Part shown: piece after piece, positions 19,600-42,457 of the stretch | How the letters are laid out: every line of letters starts with the position of its first letter | Numbering within the stretch: the stretch's first letter is position 1 | DNA from: the human T2T-CHM13v2.0 reference genome, Homo sapiens | Length of the DNA stretch: 64,000 nt | Direction: 5' to 3' (one strand) | Assembly: GCF_009914755.1 (NCBI RefSeq) | Contig: NC_060935.1 | Made by a program: the position numbers and the translations under genes | Notes under the pieces: generated by a model | The model's input: only the letters and a program-made list of their open reading frames with translations | Databases searched by the model: none | Told to the model about the DNA's origin: nothing

Positions 19600-22300
19600 G
19601 CCCAATTGCCTCGGAAACTTCCTGAACTATCACGGATGCTGAGCTTCAGGTAAATCTCACAGTGGAGGGTAAGTCCGTACCCTTCTTAATCAATAGGGAG
19701 GCTACTCACTCCACATTACCTTCTTTTCAAGGGCCTGTTTCCTTTGCCTCCATAACTGTTGTGGGTATCGACGGCCAGGCTTCTAAACCTCTTAAAATTC
19801 CCCAACTCTGGTGCCAGCTTGGACAATATTCTTTTATGCACTCCTTTTTAGTTATCTCCACCTGCCCAGTTCCCTTTTTTGGTCGAGACATTTTAACTAA
19901 ATTATCTGCCTCCCTGACTATTCCTGGACTACAGCCACATCTCATTGCCACCCTTCTTCCCAACCCAAAGCCTCCTTCGCATCTTCCTCTCATATCCCCC
20001 AACCTTAATCCACAAGTATAGGATACCTCTACTCCCTCCTTGGCGACAAATGATGCACTCCTTACCATCCCATTAAAACCTAATCACCCCTACCCTGCTC
20101 AACGCCAATATCCCATCCCACAGCACGCTTTAAAAGGATTAAAGCCTGTTATCACTTGCCTGTTACAGCATGGCCTTTTAAAGGCTATAAACTCTCCTTA
20201 CAATTCCCCCATTTTACCTGTCCAAAAACCGGACAAGCCTTACAGGTTAGTTCAGGATCTGTGCCTTATCAATCAAATTGTCTTACCTATCCACCCCATG
20301 GTGCCAAAGCCATATACTCTCCTATGCTCAATACCTCCCTCCACAACCCCTCCATAACCCATTATTCTGTTCTGGATCTCAAACATGCTTTCTTTACTAT
20401 TCCTTTGCACCCTTCATCCCAGCCTCTCTTCGCTTTCACTTGGACTGACCCTGACACCCATCAGGCTCAGCAAATTACCTGGGCTGTACTGCCACAAGCC
20501 TTCGTGGACAGCCCCCATTACTTCAGTCAAGCCCAAATTTCTTCCTCATCCATTACCTATCTCGACATGATTCTTCATGAAAACACGTGCTCTCCCTGCT
20601 GATCGTGTCCAGCTAATCTCCCAAACCCCAGCCCCTTCTACAAAACTACAACTCCTTTCCTTACTGGGCATGGTAGGATACTTTCGCCTTTAGATACCTG
20701 GTTTTGCCATCCTAACAAAACCATTATATAAACTCACAAAACCAAACCTAGCTAACTCCATAGCTCCTAAATCCTTTCACCACTCCTCTTTCTGTTCCTT
20801 AAAAACAGCCCTAGAAGCTGCCCCCACGCTGGCTTTCCCCACTCATCCCAACCCCTTTCATTACATAGAGCCAAAGTACAGGGTTGTGTGGTAAAAATTC
20901 TTACACAAGAGCCGGGACCATGCCCTGTAGGCTTTTTGTCCAAACAATTTGACCTTACTGTTTTAGTCTGGCCATCATGTCTCTGTGCAGTGGCTGCTGC
21001 CACCCTAATACTTTCAGACACCGTCAACATCACAAACTATGCTCAACTCACTCTCTACAGTCTCATAACTTCCAAAATCTATTTTCTTCCTCACACCTGA
21101 CACATATACTTTCTGCCCCCCAGCTCCTTCAGCTGTACTCACTCTTTGTTGAGTCTCCCACAGTTACCATTGTTCCTGGCCTGGACTTCAATCCAGCCTC
21201 TCTCATTATTCCTGATACCACACCTGACCCCCATGACTGCATCTCTCTGATACACCTGATGTTCACTCCATTTCCCCATATTTCCTTTTTTCCTGTTCCT
21301 CACCCTGATCACACTTGGTTTATTGATGGCAGTTCCACCAGGACTAATCACCACATACCAGCAAAGGCAGGGTATGCTATAGTATATTCCACATCTGTCA
21401 TTGAGGCTACTGCTCTGCCCCCCTCCACTACCTCTCAGCAAGCCGAACTCATTGCCTTAACTCCAACCCTCACTCTTGCAAAAGGACTAGGCGTCAATAT
21501 TTATACTGACTCTAAATATGCCTTCCATATCCTGCACCACTTTGCTGTTATATGGGCTGAAAGAGATTTCCTTACTACACAAGGTCCTCCATCATTAATG
21601 CCTCTTTAATAAAAACTCTTCTCAAGGCCGCTTTACTTCCAAAGGAAGCTGGAGTCTTACACTGCAAGCGCCATCAAAAGGCATCAGATCCCATCACTCA
21701 GGGCAACGCTTATGCTGATAAGGTAGCTAAAAAAGCAGCTAGCTTTCCAACTTCTGTCCCTCACGGCCAGTTTTTCTCCTTCTCATCTGGTCACTCCCAC
21801 CTACTCCTCCATTGAAACTTCCACCTATCAGTCTCTTCCCACACAAGGCAAATGGTTCTTGCACCAAGGAAAATATCTCCTTCCAGTCTCACAGGCCCAT
21901 TCTATTCTATTGTCATTTCATAACCTCTTCCATGTAGGTTATAAGCCACTAGCCCGCCTCTTAGAATCTCTCATTTCCTTTCCATTGTGGAAATCTATCC
22001 TCAAGGAAATCACTTCTTCGTTGTTCCATCTGCTATTCTACTACTCCTCAGGGATTGTTCAGGCCCCTTCCCTTCCCTACACATCAAGCTCGTGGATTTG
22101 CCCCCACCCAGGACTGGCAAATTGACTTTACTCACATGCTCGAGTCAGGAAACTAAAATACCTCCTGGTCTAGGTAGACACTTTCACTGGATGGGTAGAG
22201 GCCTTTCCCACAGGGTCTGAGAAGGCCACCGTGGTCAATTCTTCCCTTCTGTCAGACATAATTCCTCAGTTTGGCCTTCCCACCTCAGTTTCTCAGGCTC
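19600..22300 (+). pseudogene. pol: HERV-H pro-pol remnant (protease, partial RT, RNase H, partial integrase)
   Basis: Protease FLINREATHS...GRDILTKL. RT SPYNSPILPVQKPDKPYRLVQDL and VLDLKHAFFTIPL, with the YxDD segment deleted between SPHYFSQA and QISSSS. RNase H WFIDGSS...QQAELIAL...NIYTDSKYAF, and integrase WQIDFTHM...[10 protein letters not shown]. Confidence 0.9.
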
Positions 22301-22559
22301 TTGGTATTCAGTGGCACCTGGTTTTACCTCAAACTGCCACCCTTAAGTCTCTCTTTAAGTGGATAGAAGATCTTCAGTGACAAAGTACACTCCAATACTT
22401 TCACCGTGATGAAGTCCTATTCTTTACTTTTATACTCACTCTTATTCTGGTTCCCGTTCTTATTCCACCCTCTACCTCTCCCAGCTATCTCCACCACACT
22501 ATCAATCTCACTCTCTCCTAGCCATTTCTAATCCTTCTTTAACAAACAGTTGCTGGCTT

Positions 22560-22910
22560 TGCATTTCTCTTTCCTCCAAAATTGCTGAGGCCTCAATTTA
22601 CTCACTGCTGAAAAAGGAGAACTTTGTATATTTTTAAATGAAGAGTGTTGTTTTTACCTAAATCAATCTGGCCTGGTATATGACAACATAAAAAATCTCA
22701 AGGATAGAGCCCAAAAACTTGCCAATCAAGCAAACAATAACATTGAACCCCTTTGGATACTCTCTAATTGGACGTCCTGGGTACTCCCAATTCTTAGTCC
22801 TTTAATACCTATTTTTCTCCTTCTTTTATTCGGAACTTGTGTCTTTCGTTTAGTTTCTCAATTCATACAAAACCGCATCCAGGCCATCACCAATAATTCT
22901 ATATGACAAA
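22560..22910 (+). pseudogene. env: HERV-H env TM remnant
   Basis: Degenerate immunosuppressive motif LQNC*GLNLLTAEKG followed by the CX6CC motif CIFLNEECC. Most of SU is deleted. Confidence 0.85.
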
Positions 22911-23130
22911 TGCGCCTTCCAACAACCCCACAATATCACCCCTTACTCCAAAATCTTTCTTCAGTTGAATCTCTCCCACTGTAGGTTCCCACACCACCCC
23001 TAATCCTGCTCGAAGCAGCCCTGAGAAACATCGCCCATTATCTCTCCATACCACCCCCAAAAATTTTCGCCGCCCCAACACTTTACCACTATTTTGTTTT
23101 ATTTTTCTTATTAATTTAAGAAGACAGGAA

Positions 23131-23561
23131 TGTCAGGCCTCTGAGGCCAAGCTAAGCCATCATATCCCCTGTGACCTGCACGTATACATCCAGACTGTCT
23201 GAAGTAACTGACGATCCACAAAAGAAGTGAAAATAGCCTTAACTGATGACATTCCACCATTGTGATTTGTTCCTGCCCCACCCTAACTGATCAATGTACT
23301 TTGTAATCTCCCCACCCTTAAGAAGGTTCTTTGTAATTCTCCCCACCCTTGAGAATGTACTTTGTGAGATCCACCCCCTGCCCACAAAACACTGTTCCTA
23401 ACTTGACCGCCTATCCCAAAACCTATGAGAACTAATGATAATCCACCACCCTTTGCTGACTCTCTTTTCGGACTCAGCTCACCTGCACCCAGGTGAAATA
23501 AACAGCCTTGTTGCTCACACAAAGCCTGTTTGGTGGTCTCTTCACAGGGACACGTGAGACA
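23131..23561 (+). mobile_element. HERV-H 3' LTR (LTR7)
   Basis: Direct repeat of the 5' LTR following the PPT, with an intact AATAAA at 23497-23502. Confidence 0.95.
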
Positions 23562-23745
23562 AAGAGAAAATGAGATGAGAAACAGCGGGGGCAGTGAGCC
23601 AAGGCCACCACTGGGAAGTCTGGCAATAAAGGAAAAATGTCAGGACAGTAGTGTGAAAGGGAAGCTGGGTCCAGGCAAACTATCCTCAGAGGAAGGATGA
23701 GAGCACACACGCAGGCTGAAGGGAAAACACAATAGTAAGTGTCTA

Positions 23746-31475
<7,730 letters not shown>

Positions 31476-31675
31476 AGTTTCCTTTTCTCACCACTGAAAA
31501 ATTCTTACTTCTCTTGGGTCAAAAACCTCCCTCTGCCTCCTTCCATCCTTTCTTTGCTCCAGGAGCTGTGCTCTGAAGCCACCTGCTCTGGCTGTCCCCT
31601 CTTCTGTCTTCTGTACTTCCTATACCCTTCCCCATCACCATATAAAGACATCTCCCTGTCCCACTTAGGTCTTCT

Positions 31676-32286
31676 TGTTACTGGAACGGGTCCCAATCCA
31701 GACCCCAAGAGAGGGTTCTTGGACCATGTGCAAGAAAGAATTCAGGGTGAGTCCATAGAGTAAAGTGAAAACAAGTTTATTAAGAAAGTAAAGGAATAAA
31801 AGAATGGCTCCTCCTTTGGCAGAACAGTGGCATGGGCTGCTCAGCTGAGTACACTTATAGTTACTTCTTGATTGTATGCTAAACGAGGGATGAATTATTC
31901 ATGTATTTTCCGGGAAAGGGGCAGGGATTTCCGGGAACCAAGGGTTCCTCCTCTCTTTAGACTATATAGGGTAACTTCCGGATGTTGCCATGGCATTTGT
32001 AAACTGTCATGGGTCTGGTGAGAGTGTCTTTTAGCATGCTAATGTATTACAATTTGTGTATAATTAGCAGTGAGAACAACCAGAGGTCACTTTCATCATC
32101 ATCTTGGTTTTGGCGGGTGTTGGCTGGCTTCTTTATGGCATCCTGTTTTATCAGCAAGGTTTTTGTGACCTGTATCTTGTGCCAACCTCCTATCTCCTCC
32201 TGTGACTAAGCATACCTAACACCTGGGAATGCAGCCTAGCCCCTATTCAAGATGGAGTTGCTCTGGTTCAAAATATGTCTCTGACA
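31676..32286 (-). mobile_element. MER41 solo LTR (MER41B-like) with tandem GAS motifs
   Basis: Reverse complement of TGTCAGAG...TTTGAACCAGAGCAACTCCATCTTGAATAGG...CCAGTAACA, 4-bp TSD TTCT (31672-31675 and 32287-32290), TTCCGGGAA at 31908-31916 and 31929-31937. Confidence 0.9.
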
Positions 32287-32797
32287 TTCTCATCACTGAA
32301 ACTACCTTTGTACAAATTATAACTGAGAAAATTATGACAGTGAAAGAGATCTGACCTAACTGACTCTTTCTTGCTTCTAACCTCCAAGCTGTCCATGTTC
32401 ATTTCTAGGCGTAGGCTGAACTAACTTTGTGAGGAACTTAGTTTATAGGTTAACTTTAAGACAAAGACAATAACAGCCCTTTCCCAAAATAAATCCTCTT
32501 CCTGCCAGGTGATTAGACTGCCTTTGCAGGACTAACAAATTAGCCACAAGATTAGAAATTATAGCTTTGGAGTCCAATAGCTGGAGGCTGCAAGATTCTA
32601 AACCTCCCCAAATTGCTCCTGGGGGTATTATCTTAGGTTACAGTAAAACCTAAGATCAGTGCTTGAGATAGTCTGCAGATCCTGTACTCGATGGATCAGC
32701 TGACACCACCCAGATCAATAAAATGGCTCATCTGGTCTTGTGGCCCCCACCCAGGAACTGACTTACTGCAAGAGGACAGCTTCAGCTCTCTATGATT

Positions 32798-33325
32798 TCA
32801 TCTCCAACCTGACCAATTAGCATTCGCCACTTCCCGAGCCTCTACCCACCAAATTATTCTTAAAAATTCAGATTGATTGGTTCCAAGATGGCCAAATAGG
32901 AACAGCTCCAGTCTACAGCTCCCAGCATGAGCAACGCAGAAGACAGGTGATTTCTGCATTTCCAACTGAGGTACTGGGTTCATCTCACTGGGGCTTGTCA
33001 GACAGTGGGTGCAAGACAGTGGGTGCAGCCCACAGACTGTGAGCCGAAGCAGGGCGAGGTGATGCCTCACCCAGGAAGCGCAAGGGGTTGGGGAATTCCC
33101 TTTCCTAGCCAAGGGAAGCCATGACAGATGGCACCTGGAAAATCCGGTCACTCCCACCCTAATACCATGTTTTTCCAATGGTCTTAGCAAACGGCACACC
33201 AGGAGATTATATCCCGCGCCTGGCTCAGAGGGTCCCACGCCCACAGAGCCTTGCTCACTGCTAGCACAGCAGTCTGAGATCGAACTGCAAGGTGGCAGCG
33301 AGGCTCGGGGAGGGGCACCCGCCAC
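32798..33325 (-). pseudogene. L1 antisense ORF0 homolog with its start mutated to GTG and an extended open frame
   Basis: VAGAPPRASLPPCSSISDCCAS...SVGVGPSEPG...IRVGVTGFSRC matches L1 ORF0 (MAGAPPPASLPPCSLISDCCAS...). Confidence 0.8.
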
Positions 33326-33868
33326 TGCTGAGGCTTGAGTAGGTAAACGAAGCCACCGGGAAGCTCGAACTGGGTGGAGCCCACTGCAGCTCAAGGAGGC
33401 CTGCCTGCCTCTTTAGACTCCACCTCTGGGGGCAGAGCATAGCTGAACAAAAGGCAGCAGAAACTTCTGCAGGCTTAAATGTCCCTGTCTGACAGCTTTG
33501 AAGAGAGTAGTGGTTCTCCCAGCACAGAGTTTGAGATCTGAGAATGGACAGACTGCCTCCTCAAGTGGGTAGCCTAACTGGGAGGCACCTCCCAGTAGGG
33601 GCCGACTGACACCTCATACGGCCAGGTGCCCCTCTAAGACGAAGCTTCCAGAGGAAGGATCAGGCAGAAATATTTGCAGTTCTGCAGCCTCTGCTGGTGA
33701 TACCCAGGCAAACAGGGTCTGCTGTGGACCTCCAGCAAACTCCAACAGACCTGCAGCTGAGGGACCTGACTGTTAGAAGGAAAACTAACAAACAGAAAGG
33801 ACATTCACACCAAAATCCCATCTGTACGTCACCATCATCAAAAACCAAAGGTAGATAAAACCGCAAAG

Positions 33869-34893
33869 ATGGGGAGAAACCAGAGCAGAAAAGCTGAAAA
33901 TTCTAAACATCAGAATGCCTCTTCTCCTCCAAAGGAATGCAGCTCCTCGCCAGGAATGGAACAAAGCTGGACAGAGAATGACTTTGACAAGTTGAGAGAA
34001 GAAGGCTTCAGAAGATCGGTAATAATAAACTTCTCTGAGCTAAAAGAGGATGTTCCAACCCATTGCAAAGAAACTAAAAACCTTGAAAAAAGATTGGATG
34101 AATGGCTAACTAGAATAAACAGCATAGAGAAGACCTTAAATGACCTGATGGAGCTGAAAACCACGGCACGAGAACTATCTGATGCATGCACAAGCTTTAG
34201 TAGCCGATTCGATCAAATGGAAGAAGGGGTATCAGTGATTGAAAATCAAATGAATGAAATGAAGCGAGAAGAGAAGTTTAGAGAAAAAAGAGTAAAAAGA
34301 AATGAACAAAGCCACCAAGAAATATGGGACTATGTGAAAAGACCAAATCTACATCTGATTGGTGTACCTGAAAGTGACAGGGAGAATGGAACCAAGTTGG
34401 AAAACACTCCTCAGGATATTATCCAGGAGAACTTCCCCAACCTAGCAAGGCAGGCCAACATTCAAATTCAGAAATACAGAGAACGCCACAAAGACACTCC
34501 TTGAGAAGAGCAACTCCAAGACACATAATTGTCAGATTCACCAAAGTTGAAATGCAGGAAAAAATGTTAAGGGCAGCCAGAGAGAAAGGTCGGGTTACCC
34601 ACAAAGGGAAGCCCATCAGACTAACAGCTGATCTCTCAGCAGAAACTCTACAAGCCAGAAGAGAGTGGGGGCCACTATTCAACATTCTTAAAGAAAAGAA
34701 TTTTCAACCCAGAATTTCATACCCAGCCAAAAGAAGCTTCATAAGTGAAGGAGAGATAAAATCCTTCACAGACAAGCAAATGCTGAGAGATTTTGTCATC
34801 ACCAGGCCTGCCTTACAAGAGCTCCTGAAGGAAGCACTAAACATGGAAAGGAACAACTGGTACCAGCCACTGCAAAAACATGCCAAATTGTAA
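33869..34893 (+). pseudogene. L1 ORF1p, frameshifted at about 34470
   Basis: MGRNQSRKAENSK...EIWDYVKRPNL and, in another frame, RRATPRHIIVRF...QPLQKHAKL*. Confidence 0.93.
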
Positions 34894-34929
34894 AGACCAT
34901 CGAGGCTAGGAAGAAACTGCATCAACTAA

Positions 34930-38783
<3,854 letters not shown>

Positions 38784-39009
38784 ACAATAAGAACACTTGG
38801 ACACAGGGTGGGGAACATCACACACCAGGGCCTGTCATGTGGTGGGAGGAGGGGAGAGGGATAGCAGTAGGAGATATACCTATGTAAATGATGAGTTAAT
38901 GAGTGCAGCACACCAACATGGCACATGTATACATATGTAACAAACCTGCACATTGTGCACATGTACCCTAGACTTAAAGTATAATAAAATAAAATCAAAT
39001 AAAATTCAG

Positions 39010-40566
39010 GAGCCATTTCATGGAAGCCGGGTGAGTGAGAGCATTGGTGGGTGTTGGGCCGGAGGAAAGCAGGAAGGCCCATCGGAGCATGTGGATTTGA
39101 GCCACCACATTTTTTAACCCTAGATCTCGAAATGCATCGTGATTCCTGTCCGTTGGACTGAAAGGTTTATGTAGGCAATCTTGGAAACAATGGCAACAAG
39201 ACCGAATTGGAACGGGCTTTTGGCTACTATGGACCACTCCAAAGTGTGTGGGTTGCTAGAAACCCATCTGGCTTTGCTTTTGTTGAATTTGAAGATCCCC
39301 GAGATGCGGCTGATGCAGTTCCATCCCCGAGAGCTAAATGGAAGAACACTATGTGGCTGCTGTGTAAGAGTGGAACTGTCCAATGGTGAAAAAAGAAGTA
39401 GAAATCATGGCCCACCTCCCTCCTGGGGTCGTCGCCCTCAAGATGATTATCGTAGGAGTAGTCCTCCACCTCGTCGCAGATCTCCAAGAAGGAGAAGCTT
39501 CTCTCACAGCTGGAGCAGGTCCCTTTCTAGAGATGGGAGAAGAGAGAGGTCGCTGTCTCGGGAGAGAAATCACAAGCCGTCCCGATCCTTCTCTAGGTCT
39601 CGTAGCCGATCTAGGTCAAATGAAAGGAAATAGAAGACAGTTTGCAAGAGAAGTGGTGTACAGGAAATTACTTCATCTGACAGGAGTATGTACAGAAAAT
39701 TCAAGTTTTGTTTGAGACTTCATAAGCTTGGTGCATTTTTAAGATGTTTTAGCTGTTCAAATCTGTTTGTCTCTGGAATCAGTGACACAGAGGTGTAATT
39801 CTCTATGGTTTGAAATGGATCATATGAGGCATGTAATACCAAGAATTGTTACTTTACAATGTTCCCTTAAGCAAGATTGAATTTGCTTTGAACTTTAGTT
39901 ACGCATAGACTGACAATAAACCTCTAAACCTGCCCAGCAGAAGTGTGATTTTTTTTTTTTTAATACAGAAGCAACTGGCAAAAATTGAACTAAGATTTAC
40001 TTTTTTTCCGTAGCTGGGATATAGGATGCAGCTATAGTTGAACAAGCAGTCTTTAAAAACTGCTGTGAAACACAAGCCATCAGGTAAAAATAAACGCTGC
40101 ACTATTAAATTACAGGTTTTTGAAAAATCCAACTCACTTTCATCCTGGGCAGAGGTTGCCTAGTTGGTATAGAATCTGTTAAGTTTCAAGAAAGTTTGCC
40201 TTTGCTTTAGGTCATAAGTTACTTATTTGATTGCTGTATATGAATACATGGCTGTTCGTGACATTTTTTATGTGCAAATTTGAGATTTCAAAAATGTCCT
40301 GCCAGTTTAAGGATACATTGTAGAGCCGAACTTTGAGTTACTGTGCAAGATTTTTTTTTCATGCTGTCATTTGTAATATGTTTTGTGAGAATCCTTGGGA
40401 TTAAAGTTTTGGTTACAAATTGTTGTTTAACTTGAAAGCCTGTTTTTCCTTGCAAACTCAAATCTGTGAGCTGAGCTTGGTACCAAGTCCAGGTATAACA
40501 TTCCTATTGGAAGCCATACTTATATTTTCTTGTAAAGTGCTTTTGAATTAATAAAGTATTAGAAAA
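39010..40566 (+). pseudogene. SRSF3P1: SRSF3 (SRp20) processed pseudogene, probably the locus annotated SRSF3P1 (name from recall)
   Basis: Intronless copy with 5' UTR, ATG at 39132 (MHRDSCPLD*, Cys10 changed to TGA at 39159), [20 protein letters not shown], an insertion of about 7 nt at about 39321, RS domain ending RSRSNERK* (39633), about 0.9 kb of 3' UTR, AATAAA at 40550-40555 and a short A-tail. Confidence 0.95.
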
Positions 40567-41218
40567 AAAAATTCAGATTGCTGAAATTTTGGGGAGATTA
40601 ATTTGAGCAATAATAAAATTCTGGTCTCCTATACAGCCAGTTCTGCATGAATTAAACTCCTTCTGTATTCTAATTCCCCTGTCTTTTCTTTTTTTTGAGA
40701 CGGGGTGAAAGCAAGTTTATTAAGAAAGTAAAGGAATTAAGTAAATTATTAAGAAAGTAAAGTAAAGGGAGTCTCGCTCTGTCACCCAGGCTGGAGTGTA
40801 GAGGTGAGATCTTGGCTCACTGCAAGCTCTGCCTCCTGAGTTCAAGCAATTCTCTGCCTCAGCCTTCTGAGTAGCTGGGATTACAGGAGCCTGCCACCAC
40901 GCCTGGCTAATTTTTTGTATTTTTTTAGAGACGGGGTTTCAGCATGTTGGCCAGGCTGGTCTCGAACTCCTGACCTTGTGATTTACCAACCTCAGCCTCC
41001 CAAAGTGCTGGGATTACAGGCATGAGCCACCGCGCCTGGCCACAGTTCCCCTGTCTTGATGCATCAGCTTTGTCTAGGCAGCAGGCAAGGAAAACCTGTT
41101 GAGTCGTTACACTGCCACAGCCCCCAAATGAAACAGTTATATATGCTTGAGTTTTCCCTCCTCCTCTGGGCACCCTCTGAGTTATGAAGGTTCCTCCTGA
41201 AACCAGGGCCACATAAAG

Positions 41219-41683
41219 TAAGGGAGGAGACCATCCCTCATATTGTCTTATGCCCAATTTCTGCCTCCAAAGAAAGAAGAAGTAAAAACTAGAAGAAGTA
41301 AAAGGCAGAAATGAAATCCACAGGCAGACAGCCTGGCACCGTGCCCTGGGCCTGGTTAAAGATTGACCCCTGACCTAACCAGTTATGTTATCTATAGATT
41401 GCAGACATTGTATGGAAAAGCATTGTGAAAATCCCTGTCCTGTTCTGTTCCGTTCTGATTACCAGTGCATGCAGCCCCCAGTCACGTACCCCCACCTGCT
41501 CAATCGATCACGACCCTCTCATGTGGACCCCCTTAGAGTTGTGAGCCCTTAAAAGGGACAGGAATTGCTCACTCGGGAGCTTGGTTTTTTGGATATGTGT
41601 CTTGCCGATCTCCTGGCCGAATAAAGCCCTTCCTTCTTTAACTCAGTGTCTGAGGGGTTTTGTCTACAGCTTGTCCTGCTACA
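41219..41683 (+). mobile_element. LTR2 (HERV-E/Harlequin group) solo LTR
   Basis: TAAGGGAGGAGACC...CATATTGTCTTATGCCCAATTTC start, AATAAA at 41620-41625, end GTCCTGCTACA, 4-bp TSD AAAG on both sides. Confidence 0.88.
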
Positions 41684-42457
41684 AAAGGAGCACATTATTT
41701 CAGTCAGCACTGTGCTGATCTGTGTTGACTCCCAGGATGGGAACAGGACAGTATTTCCCAAACTTTAATCATTTCAGAAGCTGCCTTATGACTTTTGCCA
41801 TTTCCACTTATCATCTGTACTATTCAATCCCTTTTCTTCAGGTTTTTAAAGATTAAATTTTTTTTTCATTTTTTTTTTTTTTGAGACGGAGTCTTGCTCT
41901 GTCGCCCAGACTAGAGTGCAGTGGTGCGATCTTGGCTCACTGCAAACTCTGCCTCCTGGGTTCAAGCGATTCTCCTGCCTCAGCCTGCCACTGCACCCAG
42001 TTAATTTTTGTATTTTTAGTAGAGATGGGGTTTCACCATCTTGGCCAGGCTGGTCTTGAACTCCTGACCTCGTGATCCACCCGCCTTGGCCTCCCAAAGT
42101 GTTGGGATTACAGGCGTGAGCCACCGTGCCTGGCCTTAAATCTGTTTTAAAAAGAAATCTGGGAATTCACTATCACTCGACTTAAATAGAAGGCAACTGT
42201 AAAAACATATGCAATAAAATGATTAAGTTCTGACTAGATACAGTTTTAAAAGAAATTAGCAAAGTGTTTGGAGCTAGGATTCAAACCCAGGATTGAGCCA
42301 GAGACAAGGTCTTAACAACGGTGATTCATGTACCGCCTAACCGTGCCATTTAGGAAACCACTGGGGAGGAATGTAGTAGAATGGAACTTGCTGAGAATGA
42401 GAGCCAGTGAGGAATGGTGGAGGGTGGGGACTGAAATTTAATGGGAAGCCTTGGAAT

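Larger units (their letters stand above)
17343..23561 (+). mobile_element. HERV-H provirus (LTR7-type LTRs, internally deleted form, 6.2 kb)
   Basis: Two LTRs about 96% identical by manual comparison, a 5-bp TSD AAGAG (17338-17342 and 23562-23566), PBS, splice donor GG|GTAAG at 17916, gag/pro/pol/env remnants, and PPT AAGAAGACAGGAA at 23118-23130. Confidence 0.96.

Noticed and set aside
20977-21609. 210-aa ORF as a functional retroviral enzyme
   Set aside because: An isolated tether/RNase H fragment of a pol that is frameshifted on both sides and lacks the RT catalytic motif.
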